This document shows positions 12,950-25,653 of a stretch of 64,000 bases of DNA, in pieces. This stretch comes from Octopus sinensis. Lineage: Eukaryota. Positions within the stretch are counted from its first letter, which is position 1. Each line of letters begins with the position of its first letter. The stretch is taken from NCBI RefSeq assembly GCF_006345805.1, contig NC_042997.1, positions 127,844,001 to 127,908,000 on the forward strand, written 5' to 3'. The translations under genes and the position numbers were made by a program. The notes under the pieces are model-generated. The model made no database searches. It saw nothing but the letters and a program-made list of their open reading frames with translations, and was not told where the DNA came from.

Positions 12950-13554
12950 CTGAAAATGACAAGAATCAAACATTTTCCTCTTATAATCAGCACAAATAAG
13001 ACAAGGCCTGTAGAATAACCAGAGCTCTAATTGATTGCACTTACAGCTGCGATGATTATTTTCACAAGAAAGAAAATAAATTAGAATTGTTCTTATTTAC
13101 CTGAACGTAGATTTAAAATTGCGTTTTCTCTTTTTCTCTCTATCACCCTTCTCTATCTCTCTCTCCCTGACTCTCTCTCTCTCCCTCCCTCTCTCCCTCT
13201 CTCTCTCCACACACACACATATATTTGTATGTCTCTATTTATGCATGTATCTTTTCACAACTGATGATCTATAACTAAAAAAAAAGCGAGTAAAACATAT
13301 TAAATATATTTTCCTAACGTTTCCGTTTGCTACAATATTTTCTTTTCTTCTCTCTCACTCATTCCATCATGAATTAATATACTGTACTCAATAAATCCTT
13401 AATTTCTTCCTCCTGACGAGATCCAAGCAAATCGAAATAGCAGCAAATACGAATATCAAGAACTTGAAATGAAAAAGAAAAGATAACTGAATTAAATACA
13501 CAAATATTATACAATTTTCCCCATACTACACACACACATATACATATATATATA

Positions 13555-13652
<98 letters not shown>

Positions 13653-13654
13653 CT

Positions 13655-15705
13655 TCTACGTTACATCCAAGACATAGAATATTGATGGTGAAGCTCTTGC
13701 AACGGTGATTCAGAAACTACAGGATGGAAAAGCACCTGGAAGAGACTTGATTGTTGGATATTGGTACAAGAAGTTAACATTCTACTGACAATATCTTATC
13801 AATCTGTACCAGCAAGCTTTCATTGGGAACAGAACTACCCATATGGCAAAAAACCACCGGCCAATTGCATGCCGGAACTTAATGTATAAGATACATACAG
13901 CATGTTTAAACCTCTTCCTCCAAGACCATTGTGAAACCAATAACATTATCACAGCAGAACAAGCAGCTGGGAAGAAGGGAGTCTGGGGATGTGCCGAACA
14001 ACTGTTAATCAACAAAATTGTGATTACAAGAACGCCTTTGACTATGTTCTCCACTCATGGATGCAAGAAGCTCTTCAACTTGCTAAAGTTCCAGTGAGCA
14101 TGGTCAAAGCCATAGCTGACCTGACTTCATCATGGGCCACCATCTTGAAATTGAACACAAAGAGTGACTGTGTTATCGCCGATAAAATACAATATCGCAT
14201 GGGCATACTCCAAGGGGACAATCTCTGTGTGTAGTTGTTTATACTTTCTGTAAAGCGCTTGTCATTCATGTTAAGGAAGTCTGAAGGATATCTCACTGGT
14301 TCACAAGGAAACAGAAATACCAAAATTCCACACGGATCCTTTGTGGATGACTTAAAACTTTATGCAAAGAATATGCATGAGATGAAAAAGAGCCTTGACC
14401 TAAGTACAACATTCTCTGAGGATGTAGAGTTGGAGTTTGGTTAGGATAAATGTAGTGAAAAGAGGGGAAACTATATGGTAGTGTAAAGAGGGGAAACTAT
14501 TAACCAGACTAAAAACATCTCCAGCAATAATTTGACTGTTTCCCCTGAATCTGACGAGGAATGTTACAAGTCTCTAGGGGTGGATGAAAATATATCTTAT
14601 AATGGCACCTGTAACAAAATGCGTATCATTTAAGAATATTACAGCCAAATAAAGAAAATTTGGACCTCAGAACTCTCTGCATTCGATAAAACAGTGGCCC
14701 ACAATGTGTTTGCAGTGCCAGTACTCATACCAACATTTCGGCTGTTTGATTGGGTGCTTGATGAGATCCGAGCCATTGATGTGAAAACCCGAAAAACACG
14801 CACACATAATTTCCACATAAACAGTGACCTTTGAATATCGCATCATATCCCTTCGGCAACATCTTTTAATCACCAAGCATCGAAGTGCATCCCTTGACCA
14901 AGTTTGCATACATGAGGCTGATAACATCATAAGACTTGGAAGGCATCTCCTTGAGCAACACTGAGTGTTGCTCAAGGAGATGCCTTCCAAGTCTTTTGAT
15001 GTTATCAGCCTCATGTATGCAAACGGTAATAATGAGTTTGCAATCCAGGAACAGGAAATATCAACCAAGTAACTGATGCACAAAAGGGTTAGAGATGCAG
15101 AAAAAGAAATTGTTACAATCAATGCAGACTTTGTGGAGTTCATACTGAAGATATCCCCCGCTCATAAGCAGTTGTCCGAAAATGCCATCGTGGTATTATC
15201 TACCGATGAGACATGACATCTTAGCAAGGACACTCTATAATGAAGCCGTCGGAAGGATAATCCCGAGGTCAAAAAATAAAAAACCTATAATATGGTAGAA
15301 TCCATAGCCACTCATAATGAAAAGGAATACTGGTGGAATGTACCAGTAAAGACATCAATAAAATGTGAGCACAACAGACCTGATATAATGATTTGGGATA
15401 CAGAAGAGAAACTGTGCACAGTTGTGGAAATTAGCTGCCCAGCGGATGTGAACATAAAGCTGAAGAACAGTGAAAAAGAGAACACCTATGCTGAACTATT
15501 GAGAAAACTGCAGTTACTGTATCCAGATTACAAGTTCAGGTCTGTACCTGTAATTATTAGGGCCCTGGGATATGTAACACACTGCCTAAATACCAATCTT
15601 GAGAAATTTGGCTCCCCAAAACCAGAAAGGAGAAAGCTAATTCGAAGAGTACAGATTTAATTCATCACTGGAACTATAAAAATCTGTAAAACTTTCCAGA
15701 AGTTT
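13655..15705 (+). mobile_element. R4/Dong-like non-LTR retrotransposon, degraded (RT to REL endonuclease)
   Basis: KAPGRDLIVGYWYK, HRPIACRNLMYK, DYKNAFD, GILQGDNL, FVDDLKLY, HNRPDIMIWD...VEISCPAD; many stops and an internal deletion. Confidence 0.92.
14902..15024. repeat. 123-bp near-perfect palindrome (61-bp arms, 1-nt loop, 1 mismatch) inside the LINE
   Basis: GTTTGCATAC...GAGCAACACT-G-AGTGTTGCTC...GTATGCAAAC. Confidence 0.97.
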
Positions 15706-15873
15706 ATAGGCGCAGGAGTGGCTGTGTGGTAAGTAGCTTGTTTACCAACCACATGGTTCCGGGTTCAGTCCCACTGCGTGGCACCTTGGGCAAGTGTCTT
15801 CTACTATAGCCTCGGGCCGACCAAAGCCTTGTGAGTGGATTTGGTAGACGGAAACTGAAAGAAGCCCGTCGTA

Positions 15874-15927
<54 letters not shown>

Positions 15928-16148
15928 TGTGTGTATTTGTGTGTCTGTGTTTGTCCCCCTAGCATTGCTTGACAACCAATGCTGGTGTGTTTATGTCCCC
16001 GTTACTTAGCGGTTCGGCAAAAGAGACCGATAGAATAAGTACTGGGCTTACAAAAGAATAAGTCCCGGGGTCGAGTTGCACGATTAAAGGCGGTGCTCCA
16101 GCATGGCTGCAGTCAATTGACTGAAACAAGTAAAAGAGTAAAAAGAGA
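15706..16148 (+). mobile_element. SINE family A, full length, young-looking
   Basis: Head, internal (TA)n and tail are all intact. Confidence 0.93.
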
Positions 16149-16968
16149 GAGTTATCATTTACATATATATGAGCATGTAACTGTATGCATGAGAATACAT
16201 ACATAAAACATACAAATCTGCATGCATACATACATACATACATACATATATACATACATATCGTTGCTATTATGCAAAAGTATCGTAAGTACAAAACTGC
16301 TTTTTCAGAAAACGAAAAAACTGTTTCAATATTCCATAGCAAAACGGTTGTACTACACTTCGACAATTTTTGATATTTTGGCATCTGAAGCCGCTGGGGA
16401 TACGATAGAAAGAAAGAACGCAATACGTGAATTAGAGAAATATTTTATTTTAAAAACTAGGTAATGACTTCGAAGCTTTGCCCATGCAAGCTCGTCAAAC
16501 TGATGCAGAAGAACTAAGTATAACGATATAGATAGCAGTATGAATATATTCATCAAAATACAAAAATAAGCGAATTATAAATAATACGTGAGATAGATGG
16601 ATCCAGAAAGAAAACAAGCAAATAGAAATTACTGATGAATGAACGATATCTGTATATGCTTAAAGAGCGCTCAAGGGGAAAATCCATGAAGGAATCCCAT
16701 TCAAATCAATAATAATGCGTAAATGTATGTAGGTGGATGTAGGTATAATGATTGGGTTACCTTGAGTTTTGAGAAAATACGTATAGTTAAACCTCAGGAA
16801 TTTGAAATGTTAAACAAAATAACATTTTGGAGTGAAGTGTATGATAATGTGATGCAAAACTGAGGAGGTACGTAGTTGATGCTAACTAGAATTAGCTCGA
16901 AATCAATAGCAAAAATTGTTTTAACCGTACTATGAAAAAATGTAAGTGTATATATATCTATGTATTCA

Positions 16969-17002
<34 letters not shown>

Positions 17003-17011
17003 CCTACCTAC

Positions 17012-17080
<69 letters not shown>

Positions 17081-17081
17081 A

Positions 17082-17115
<34 letters not shown>

Positions 17116-17277
17116 TTATCAATCTATCAATCTATCTATCTGTCTATCTATTTATCTATCTGTCTGTCTGTCTATCAATCTATTTATCTATCTATTTATC
17201 TGTCTATCTATCTATTGTCTGTCTGTCTATTTGTGTGTGTATGTGTGTATGTGTGAGTGTGTGTGTGTGTGTGTGCG

Positions 17278-17355
<78 letters not shown>

Positions 17356-17357
<2 letters not shown>

Positions 17358-17692
17358 GAAAGCCACCGAACTGGCAGCACTGCATAATACCAATGATACC
17401 GTCTTCTTCATCTCAGATAAGGACTCGGTATTGTAACAGCTTGGGTTTCAACTGTTTAACATCCTGCCATGGAACCTAAGAGATCTGCAAACTGTAGATA
17501 TGGAAACGTTTAAAAAAGCTCCTGGTCTTGATAAATTTCTATCTGAAATCCCAGATGAGCCCACAGGAGGCATAAAGAAGGGTAGCTTCGTCCAACTTGT
17601 TTCTTCGCCAAAAACAATACTGAAAGAAGATTCCAAAACATTGAAAGACGGTGCTTCAGTATGGCCCCAGCTTCTGGCTGACACCAATCAAA
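17356..17692 (+). mobile_element. CR1-clade LINE 3' end
   Basis: RTRYCNSLGFQLFNILPWNLRDLQTVDMETFKK...LDKFLSEIPDEP and tail GACGGTGCTTCAGTATGGCC. Confidence 0.75.
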
Positions 17693-17711
17693 ACACACAC
17701 ACACACATAAT

Positions 17712-17800
<89 letters not shown>

Positions 17801-17872
17801 ATAATATAAATAATATATAAACGTATACATATATACATACATATATGTACATAACTATATATACATGCATAT

Positions 17873-18177
<305 letters not shown>

Positions 18178-18319
18178 AGTAAGAACATAAACCTGAAACA
18201 AGGTGGAAAAAATACTACTCGAATACCGGAGGTAGAGTAACATGCTTTATTAATAAAACTGCAAAGGCATCACGAATAAAGACATCTTTGCAGCTTTATT
18301 AACAAAGTATATATATTGA

Positions 18320-18510
18320 CCGCTAACTCCACGTTTTTTTTTAAATATTTTCTCTCTATTTATTTCCTCGTGTTCCTTTCTGTTGAAGAGCGTAGGCTCG
18401 AAACGTAAAAGACTTTCTCACCTTCCCGAGCGCCAAACTAATACACATGTTTGTTGTTTATACACCTGTCTTCGTCTTTTGTTTTTCTGTAAATTTCAAC
18501 TATATATATA
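18320..18510 (+). mobile_element. PLE pLTR fragment carrying a minimal hammerhead-like motif
   Basis: CTGTTGAAGAGCGTAGGCTCGAAACGTAAAAG followed by ACACCTGTCTTCGTCTTTTG and a (TA) tail; a related piece lies reversed at 28755-28850. Confidence 0.65.
18376..18411 (+). ncRNA. Minimal type I hammerhead-like motif with variant core CUGUUGA
   Basis: Helix I CUUU/AAAG; core CUGUUGA plus extra A; helix II GAGC-GUAG-GCUC; GAAA; palindromic ACGU helix III; GUA cleavage triplet. Confidence 0.5.
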
Positions 18511-18755
18511 AAACTTTTTTGTAGAATGGTAGATCTCGAAGGAGATAAAGCTATAAATAATAGCGTGTAAATATTGGTCTTAAAACATTTTCAATAGGAA
18601 AAGTCGAAAACATATGCACATATATATCTGTGAATGTATTTATAAAGAAACTTGAAAAATTATTACATTTAGAAACTTTTTGTGAAAATCCCAATATACT
18701 CTATATTACATAAAGTGTACATAGATGTGTGTGTATTTCGTAAGAAATATATAAC

Positions 18756-18801
<46 letters not shown>

Positions 18802-18827
18802 ATATAATATATTATATATATATATAT

Positions 18828-18902
<75 letters not shown>

Positions 18903-18943
18903 ATATATATATATATACATATATAATATATATATGTATTATA

Positions 18944-18987
<44 letters not shown>

Positions 18988-19299
18988 TACATATATTATG
19001 TATATATATATGTATGTATGTATATATATACATATATATATATGTATATATATACATATATATATATATGTGCGTCCATGCATGCACACACATGGAAACA
19101 TAGTTATATGTAAACATAAAGACACACACATGTATATATGTGTATGAGTGTGTGTGTATGTATGTATGCATGTATGTATGTATAATATATGTATGTATGT
19201 ACTTATGTATGTATGTATGTATGTATGTATGTATGTATGTATGCATGCATGTATGCATGTATGTGTGTTTGTGTATATGAGCGTATTGACATTGCTATT

Positions 19300-19506
19300 T
19301 AATTTAAATAAAGGTGGTTTATTAGAAAGGCGTTAAAGTTAATATGAGTTGGCAGCACATTTGCTGGAGTTGTAAGGACCAATTGATCTAATCTGAATAT
19401 CTAGAAAATGGAGATGTTCAGTCGATATGAATTGGATCTTTCACTTGTCATATTTCTGTGTATTACATTTAGATGCCCTGTTAATAAATCACCTTTATTT
19501 AAATTA
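19300..19506. mobile_element. MITE-like element, 207 bp, 25-bp terminal inverted repeats
   Basis: TAATTTAAATAAAGGTGGTTTATTA ... TAATAAATCACCTTTATTTAAATTA (1 mismatch). Confidence 0.65.
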
Positions 19507-19745
19507 TATATAAATACATGATTTATGTGTGTGCTTGCATGCGTTTACTCTCAAAAACACACACATACGCATACACATATAATACGCGCGCGCACACACA
19601 CACAGATATATATTTATATATATATATATATATACACATCTGCCTCTACACATGAATATGTATACATATAAACGTGTGTATGCGAATATATGTGTGTGTT
19701 TTTATGTATACATATATATAAACACATATACGTATATTTAATATA

Positions 19746-19796
<51 letters not shown>

Positions 19797-19974
19797 CATA
19801 TTCGCATATACCTATACATACACACATATACACATATACACATATATATATACACACACACCTATATAGATTTGTGTTATGTATTTATAAATTTGCGTAT
19901 GTATATATATATATGTATATATGTATATACATATACATATATACATAAACATTTATACATATATATAAATATAG

Positions 19975-20738
19975 AACCCTGAAGAAACTATGCACCTGCA
20001 ATGTGAGTTGGATGGAATATACAGGTGGGGTAAGAACAATAGCATGCAGTTTAATGCTGAAAAGTTTCAAGCTTTGTTCTATCAGCGTGGAAAACTAAAT
20101 GCAATACCAATTAAATACACTGGACCTGAAGGGATCGCAATCCCTTTGACTATTGCTGCCAGCTATATGTCACCAACCAGTGTAAAATTAATTGCAGAAC
20201 TTAAGGCAATCCAACGAAGCTACACGAAGATAGTCTCTATGTGGCATATAAGCTACTGGGAAAGACTCAAGAGACTAAGATTCTATTCTTTAAAGTGTAG
20301 GCGAGAAAGATATAGTATAATACACATCTGGAAGATACTGGAGGGGCTTGTTCCAAACCTTGGTATCGAAAATTACACTAATACTAAAACAGGGTACCAA
20401 AGACTCCAAATTCGCCATCAAGATATAGGACAAGTTACTGCAACAGCCTGGGCTTTAGGAGATCACAGCTCTTCAATATCCTCCCGAAGGACCTAAGAAG
20501 CTTGCATGGGGTGGTTGTAGGTATTTTCAAAGCGAAACTTGACCATTTACTGTTGAGTGTCCCAAATGAACCAACTTCACAGCAGCAAGTGCAGAGGAGG
20601 GCAGCGGCATCAAACTCCCTTATGCGCCAAATGTCAGTTTCTAAAAAAAATTAGTGAAGTAAAATTATGTAGCAACGCCAAATGGCGGTGCCCCAGCATG
20701 GCCACAGCTCGTGATCTGAAACTAGATCAATCAAATCA
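19975..20738 (+). mobile_element. CR1-clade LINE 3' fragment (post-RT domain and 3' tail)
   Basis: WGKNNSMQFNAEKFQAL, ISYWERLKRLRFYSLKCRRERYSIIHIWKILEGLVPN, tail GGCGGTGCCCCAGCATGGCCACAG. Confidence 0.88.
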
Positions 20739-20744
20739 TATATA

Positions 20745-20846
<102 letters not shown>

Positions 20847-20983
20847 AGTATGTAAGTATGTATGTATGTATGTATGTATTATGTATGTATGTATTATGTA
20901 TGTATGTATGTATGTGAATGTATGTATGTATCTATCTACCTCTCTCTCTATATTTATATATATATTTGAGTATACACTCACAT

Positions 20984-21052
<69 letters not shown>

Positions 21053-21194
21053 AGTATATGTATGTATGTATATACAGTCTTGGCAGAAATTATGGAGCAG
21101 GTATGAAAAAATAGAGAATATGATTGATTGAAACTCATTTACTTAATAAGTGAAAGCTGTATAATTAACATTCTAGAATCTATCCCATCAATAA

Positions 21195-21785
21195 TTAATA
21201 TCTGATGTGTCCTCCTTTTGCTTTTATAACCGCTTTTATGCGTTTTTGCGTTTTGGCGCAAATGGCTGAGTCAATTTCCTGCCTCTCATTATGTGACACT
21301 AACGTTATTTCCAATTTTTTCTGTGAATATCTTATTGATAACTAATCAGTGATCAATATTTGTTGAAAATGTAACCGAAGAAACAACTTCCTGAAGCTCC
21401 AAGGGCTTATTGCATTATCTTAAGTTGAAAGTGTAAGAAAATTGAAATGCTCGAGAAAAGGTGTCCAAACAACCATCAAAAGGTACAATGAGACGAATTC
21501 ATTTAAAAACCATAAAGAACTAGATTGCAAAGTGTACAACCACGAAGGAAGACAGGTTGCTTGAAGATGAGATCCCTGGTCGATAAGAAAAATACCTTTT
21601 CTGACGTAGCTTCTGCGTTTCGGATGGCAACAAACAAGGCGGTATCAACTCGCACAGTGAGAAGATTATTAGAAGCTGAACTCAAAAGATGTAAGGCCAG
21701 AAAGAAGCGACTGCCTTCGGCAAAAGAGCATAGGCTGATGATGATTGGGCTGAAGTTGTTTGGTCTGATGAAAGTGTGTGGTGAG
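21195..21785 (+). mobile_element. Tc1-like transposon relic (transposase N-terminal half on +; C-terminal codons on - at 21195-21260)
   Basis: +: KCSRKGVQTTIKRYNET...VSTRTVRRLLEAEL...VWSDES; -: KRIKAVIKAKGGHIRY*. Confidence 0.75.
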
Positions 21786-21827
21786 TGGTGCATGTATGTT
21801 CTATTCCATAAATTGTTTCTAATTTAG

Positions 21828-22018
21828 GCACAGGGCCAGTAATTTCGAGGAGCGGAGACAAATCGTTTACATCATCCCCAGTACTTAGCCAGTATTTCGT
21901 TTTATCGACCCCGGAGAGAAGAAAGGCTAAGTAGCCCTCATCGGGATTTGAACTCGGAGCATAATGAGCCGGAATGAATACGGCAAGGAATTTTCTCCGA
22001 TGTCTTAATAATTCTGCT
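21828..22018 (-). mobile_element. SINE family C-related diverged copy
   Basis: ATCGACCCCGGAGAGAAGAAAGGC...GGATTTGAACTCGGAGC resembles family C. Confidence 0.6.
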
Positions 22019-22139
22019 GTTATTTGTAGTGATATGTTTTGTGATTATGTTGGTGGTGGTGCAGTGTGTTAACAGGACTGTGGAAAATATAAATATCTGT
22101 GCGTAGGGGGGGGGGTGAATGTGTGTGCGCGTACGCTTA

Positions 22140-22700
22140 AAATAAATAGTTCAAAATATAACTTTAAAGAAAGAAGAAAAAGAAAGAAATCAAAAGAAAG
22201 TCACAATAAAATGGAAGGAAGAAAAAGAAAGCAGTTCACGAAGAAGGAAGTCAAAAAAGTTAAGAAGAAAGAAATTCAATAGTTCAAAAACACAGCAAAA
22301 AAATCTTCCGGCCACTAGGTACTCCCGGCCAAGGTCGAACCCGGAACGCCACAACTGGAATACGACTTCCACAAAAACTGGTATACAAGTCGTTCAATCT
22401 TCGGTGGAAAAGACACTCCCCAAAACAGCAATTCTCACTATTATTTTAAAAATTCACAAAAAGTAAACAAATTTTTAGGAGGCGCGATACGCCCCCAAGC
22501 AATAATTCTCATAATTAAGTGAGAAAAAATATTCACTTAACGTGAACCACTTTTGCTCAACTGCAGGCAGACCAGAGTTTAGGATCCAGTGAGGACCCCT
22601 TGCTTGTAGAAAAATAATTACCGCAGACAACAAACCCCCACTGGACCCAAAAAACAAAAGTCTTACCTTACAAGTGAGCTTTTTTCATCAGCTGTAGACA
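22140..22700 (+). mobile_element. Possible PLE 5' ORF relic
   Basis: Frameshifted LSEKKYSLN...PEFRIQ*GPL...KIITA resembles the NLS..L...LL.KG.KF segment upstream of PLE RT. Weak. Confidence 0.3.
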
Positions 22701-23448
22701 GCTTGGTCACTTCTTTCGGTGATATGCACAACACTGACAACAACACATGCGCAGTGGGAAGTAGGCTTCTGGGAAGCAAGCTTCTTACCACACAGCCACG
22801 CCTGCGCCTATACTAATTAGAAACACAGCCTCTTGTCGGGACAATAATACTAATATACTATGTGTATATAGTATATGCTATAATTTTGTAGTATATAAAA
22901 ATATTTAGATATACATCTCTATTTTTAAGAAGCCAATTACTTTTGGTTTATTACATTTACTAATAAATATTATGAATTGGAAGATTTTTTAATAATCATT
23001 TTTATTTTCAGTTTATTTATTGTGACGTTCTTTGCTAAAAAATATATTGCCTGTAGAAATATTGTCCATTGTGTTTGAAAGGTTTTATTTCAAATATTTT
23101 TATTATTATTCTTTTAATTTCCTTAAGTAAATTTAAATTCATTTTTATCGTTGACTTTTTTACGCGCACCACCAACATATTTTAGTGGCGAATGTAGCTG
23201 TATAGAAATTTTAGGTGTTTCGGATTTCTTTGCAAATATTCTTTGACGACGTTTACTTAAGAAATGTCTTTCATTTTTCTTTTGCCTTTTGGGTTTCTTT
23301 TTGGTTTTTTTGCATGTAGCTCTTTCGTTATTTCCCCTGACGATTTTCAGATATCAACTCGCCAAACCGCTGGCTAGAAACGTGAAACCACTTACTGGAA
23401 CAGTTCTTTTAATATACATATAAAAGCGTATGTGTGTGTTACGTGTGT

Positions 23449-23890
23449 GGGCGCAGGCGTGGCTGTGTGGTAAGAACCACATGATTCTGAGCTCAGTTTC
23501 ACTGCGTGGAACCCTGGGCAAGAGACTTCTATTATAGCCTTGAGCCTACTAAAGCCTTGTGAGTAGAGTTGGTATTCGGAAACTGAAAGAAATCCGTCGT
23601 ATATACATGTATATGTGTGTATGTGTGTGTGTACGTATGTGTGTATGTGTGTGTGTACGTATGTGTGTCTTTATGACTGTGTTTGTCCCCTCACCATCAC
23701 TTGACAACCGATTTTGATGTGTTTACATCCATGTAACTTAGTGGTTTGTCAAAAAGACCGATAGAATAGTACTAAACTTACAAAGAATAAGTCATAGGGT
23801 CGATTTCTTAGACTAAAACCCTTTAAGGCGGTGCTCCAGCAAGGTCACAGTCAAATGACTGAAACAAGTAAAAATAAAAGAATAAAAGAA
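23449..23890 (+). mobile_element. SINE family A, full length
   Basis: Head GGCGCAGGCGTGGCTGTGTGG, internal (TG)n and tail present. Confidence 0.88.
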
Positions 23891-24121
23891 ATACGATGAT
23901 GTAAACAGGAAGAATGATATGAATATGTTTCTTTTTTATTAATATTTAGCAGAAGCAAGAGAGTGACTCAAGAGCCGAGAGTTTCGTACGTTGGCACTTA
24001 CATAAGAAAGGAACATGCCATTCAATACGGCAACACATATATACTCGATAGTTACAGATACAAATAGACGAGAGAAACGACTGGTAGAGCTCTTCCATTA
24101 AAAGCAGATATAATAAAAAAT

Positions 24122-24362
24122 AAATGCGCCCTTTTAAAGCCTAGCCAGGCTCATGGGCCCGGTTTCCCGGTTTCAATGGCGTATGTGTTCCTCAGCTGGA
24201 CGAGACGCCAGTCCATCGCAGCGTTACTCATTTTTGCCAGCTGAGTGGACTGGAGCAACGTGAAATGAAGTGTTTTGCTCAAGAACACAACGCGTCGCCT
24301 GGTCCAGGAATCGAAGCCACAATCTTACGAACATGATGCTGACACCCTAACCACTAAGCCAC
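24122..24362 (-). mobile_element. SINE with family B tRNA-like head and a distinct 3' tail
   Basis: Reverse complement GTGGCTTAGTGGTTAGGGTG...GTGGCTTCGATTCCTGGACCAGGCGACGCGTTGTGTTCTTGAGCAAAACAC...GGAAACCGGGCCCATGAGCC. Confidence 0.8.
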
Positions 24363-24363
24363 A

Positions 24364-25065
24364 ATGAAAAAGAAAAAGCTAATAAATCATGTCTTAACCA
24401 AAGCAAAAGATATCCAGACCTCTGCTTTACAGAGGAACACTCATATCGGAGATAAAAACAAGCATACAGATATAAATATTCCATTTGTAGTCACCCATAA
24501 TCCTAGGATTCACAACATCCTACATTCAGTCACTACCCAATTCAATACAAATCATCAAATTTTGACAAATAGTTAAAAATTCATAAATCATTAAAAGCCG
24601 AAGATTACCACCAAATCTCAAGAGAGTCCTAAAAAAAACCGAGATTCACATCAGAGAAAAAAGCCATGCAGGTAACGATCTGTGGAGACTCGCGTTGTGG
24701 GACATGTGAAATAATGGAAGGAGGGACAACCAAACGATTCAGAAATGGTAAGGAATTGAAAGTGGATGCAAACATGAACTGCAGAAAATAAAAATCTCAT
24801 CTACTGCTTCATAGGCCCACTATACAACTAGAATTGCATTAGGGAAACAGGAACAAAACTAACCAGCCGTGTAAATGTGACTAAACAGCAAATTAAAGAT
24901 TCATCTATTAGAAATGAACCATGTTGTAAACATCTAGTCATTTGTACAAATGGAAAATTTAAAATATTCCCCTTTTACAAAATAAAAGATGAAAATGATC
25001 AAATACGAAAGGCAAAAGAAGATTACTTTATAAAAATTCTAAATCCGAAACTAAGTCGGAAATAA
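24364..25065 (+). mobile_element. PLE C-terminal fragment with GIY-YIG endonuclease
   Basis: IPFVVTHNP, CGDSRCGTCEIM, NLIYCF...CIRETGTKLTSRVNVTKQQI...KAKEDYFIKILNPKL*, broken by stops and frameshifts. Confidence 0.85.
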
Positions 25066-25211
25066 TCAACACTATTACTAAAAACAACTTCCTCTATACG
25101 CATCAGCCCAGAACATGTGTGTTTGAAAAGTTGAACAACAAAGTACACACTATCGGCAAACGTCTTTCACAAAGGCTGGTCACACTCTGTTAATTTGTTT
25201 TAAGCTAATAT

Positions 25212-25653
25212 ATAGGCGCAGGAGTGGCTGTGTGGTAAGTAGCTTACCAACCACATAGTTCCGGATTCAGTCCCACTGCGTGACACCTTGGGCAAGTGTC
25301 TTCTACTATAGCCTCGGGCCGACCAAAGTCTTGTGAGTGGATTTGGTTTACGGAAACTAAAAGAAGCCCGTCGTATATGTGTATATATATATGTGTGTTT
25401 GTGTGTGTGTGCGTGCGTGCGTGCGTGTGTGTGCGCGTGTGTGTGTGTGGTGTGTGTGTGTCTGTGTTTGTCCCCCCAGCATCGCTTGACAACCGATGCT
25501 GGTGTGTTTACGTCCCCGCAACTTGGCGGTTTGGCAAAAGAGACCGATAGAATAAGTACTAGGCTTATAAAGAATAAGTTCTGGGGTCGATTTGCTCGAC
25601 TAAAGGCGGTGCTCCAGCATGGCCGCAGTCAAATGACTGAAACAAGTAAAAGA
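25212..25653 (+). mobile_element. SINE family A, full length
   Basis: Head, internal (TG/CGTG)n and tail are intact. Confidence 0.93.

Noticed and set aside
13413-13460. Hammerhead core-like CTGACGA-GAT…ATC-GAAA
   Set aside because: Core and helix II fit, but helix I does not pair adjacent to the core and helix III is only 3 bp with a long loop; no PLE context.
23998-24079. Possible minus-strand exon ending at a gtaagt donor
   Set aside because: Weak acceptor and two alternative open frames; not distinguishable from chance.
25110-25180. Possible hammerhead remnant after the GIY-YIG ORF (…GGCAAACGTC)
   Set aside because: Both conserved core segments are mutated; cannot be supported.
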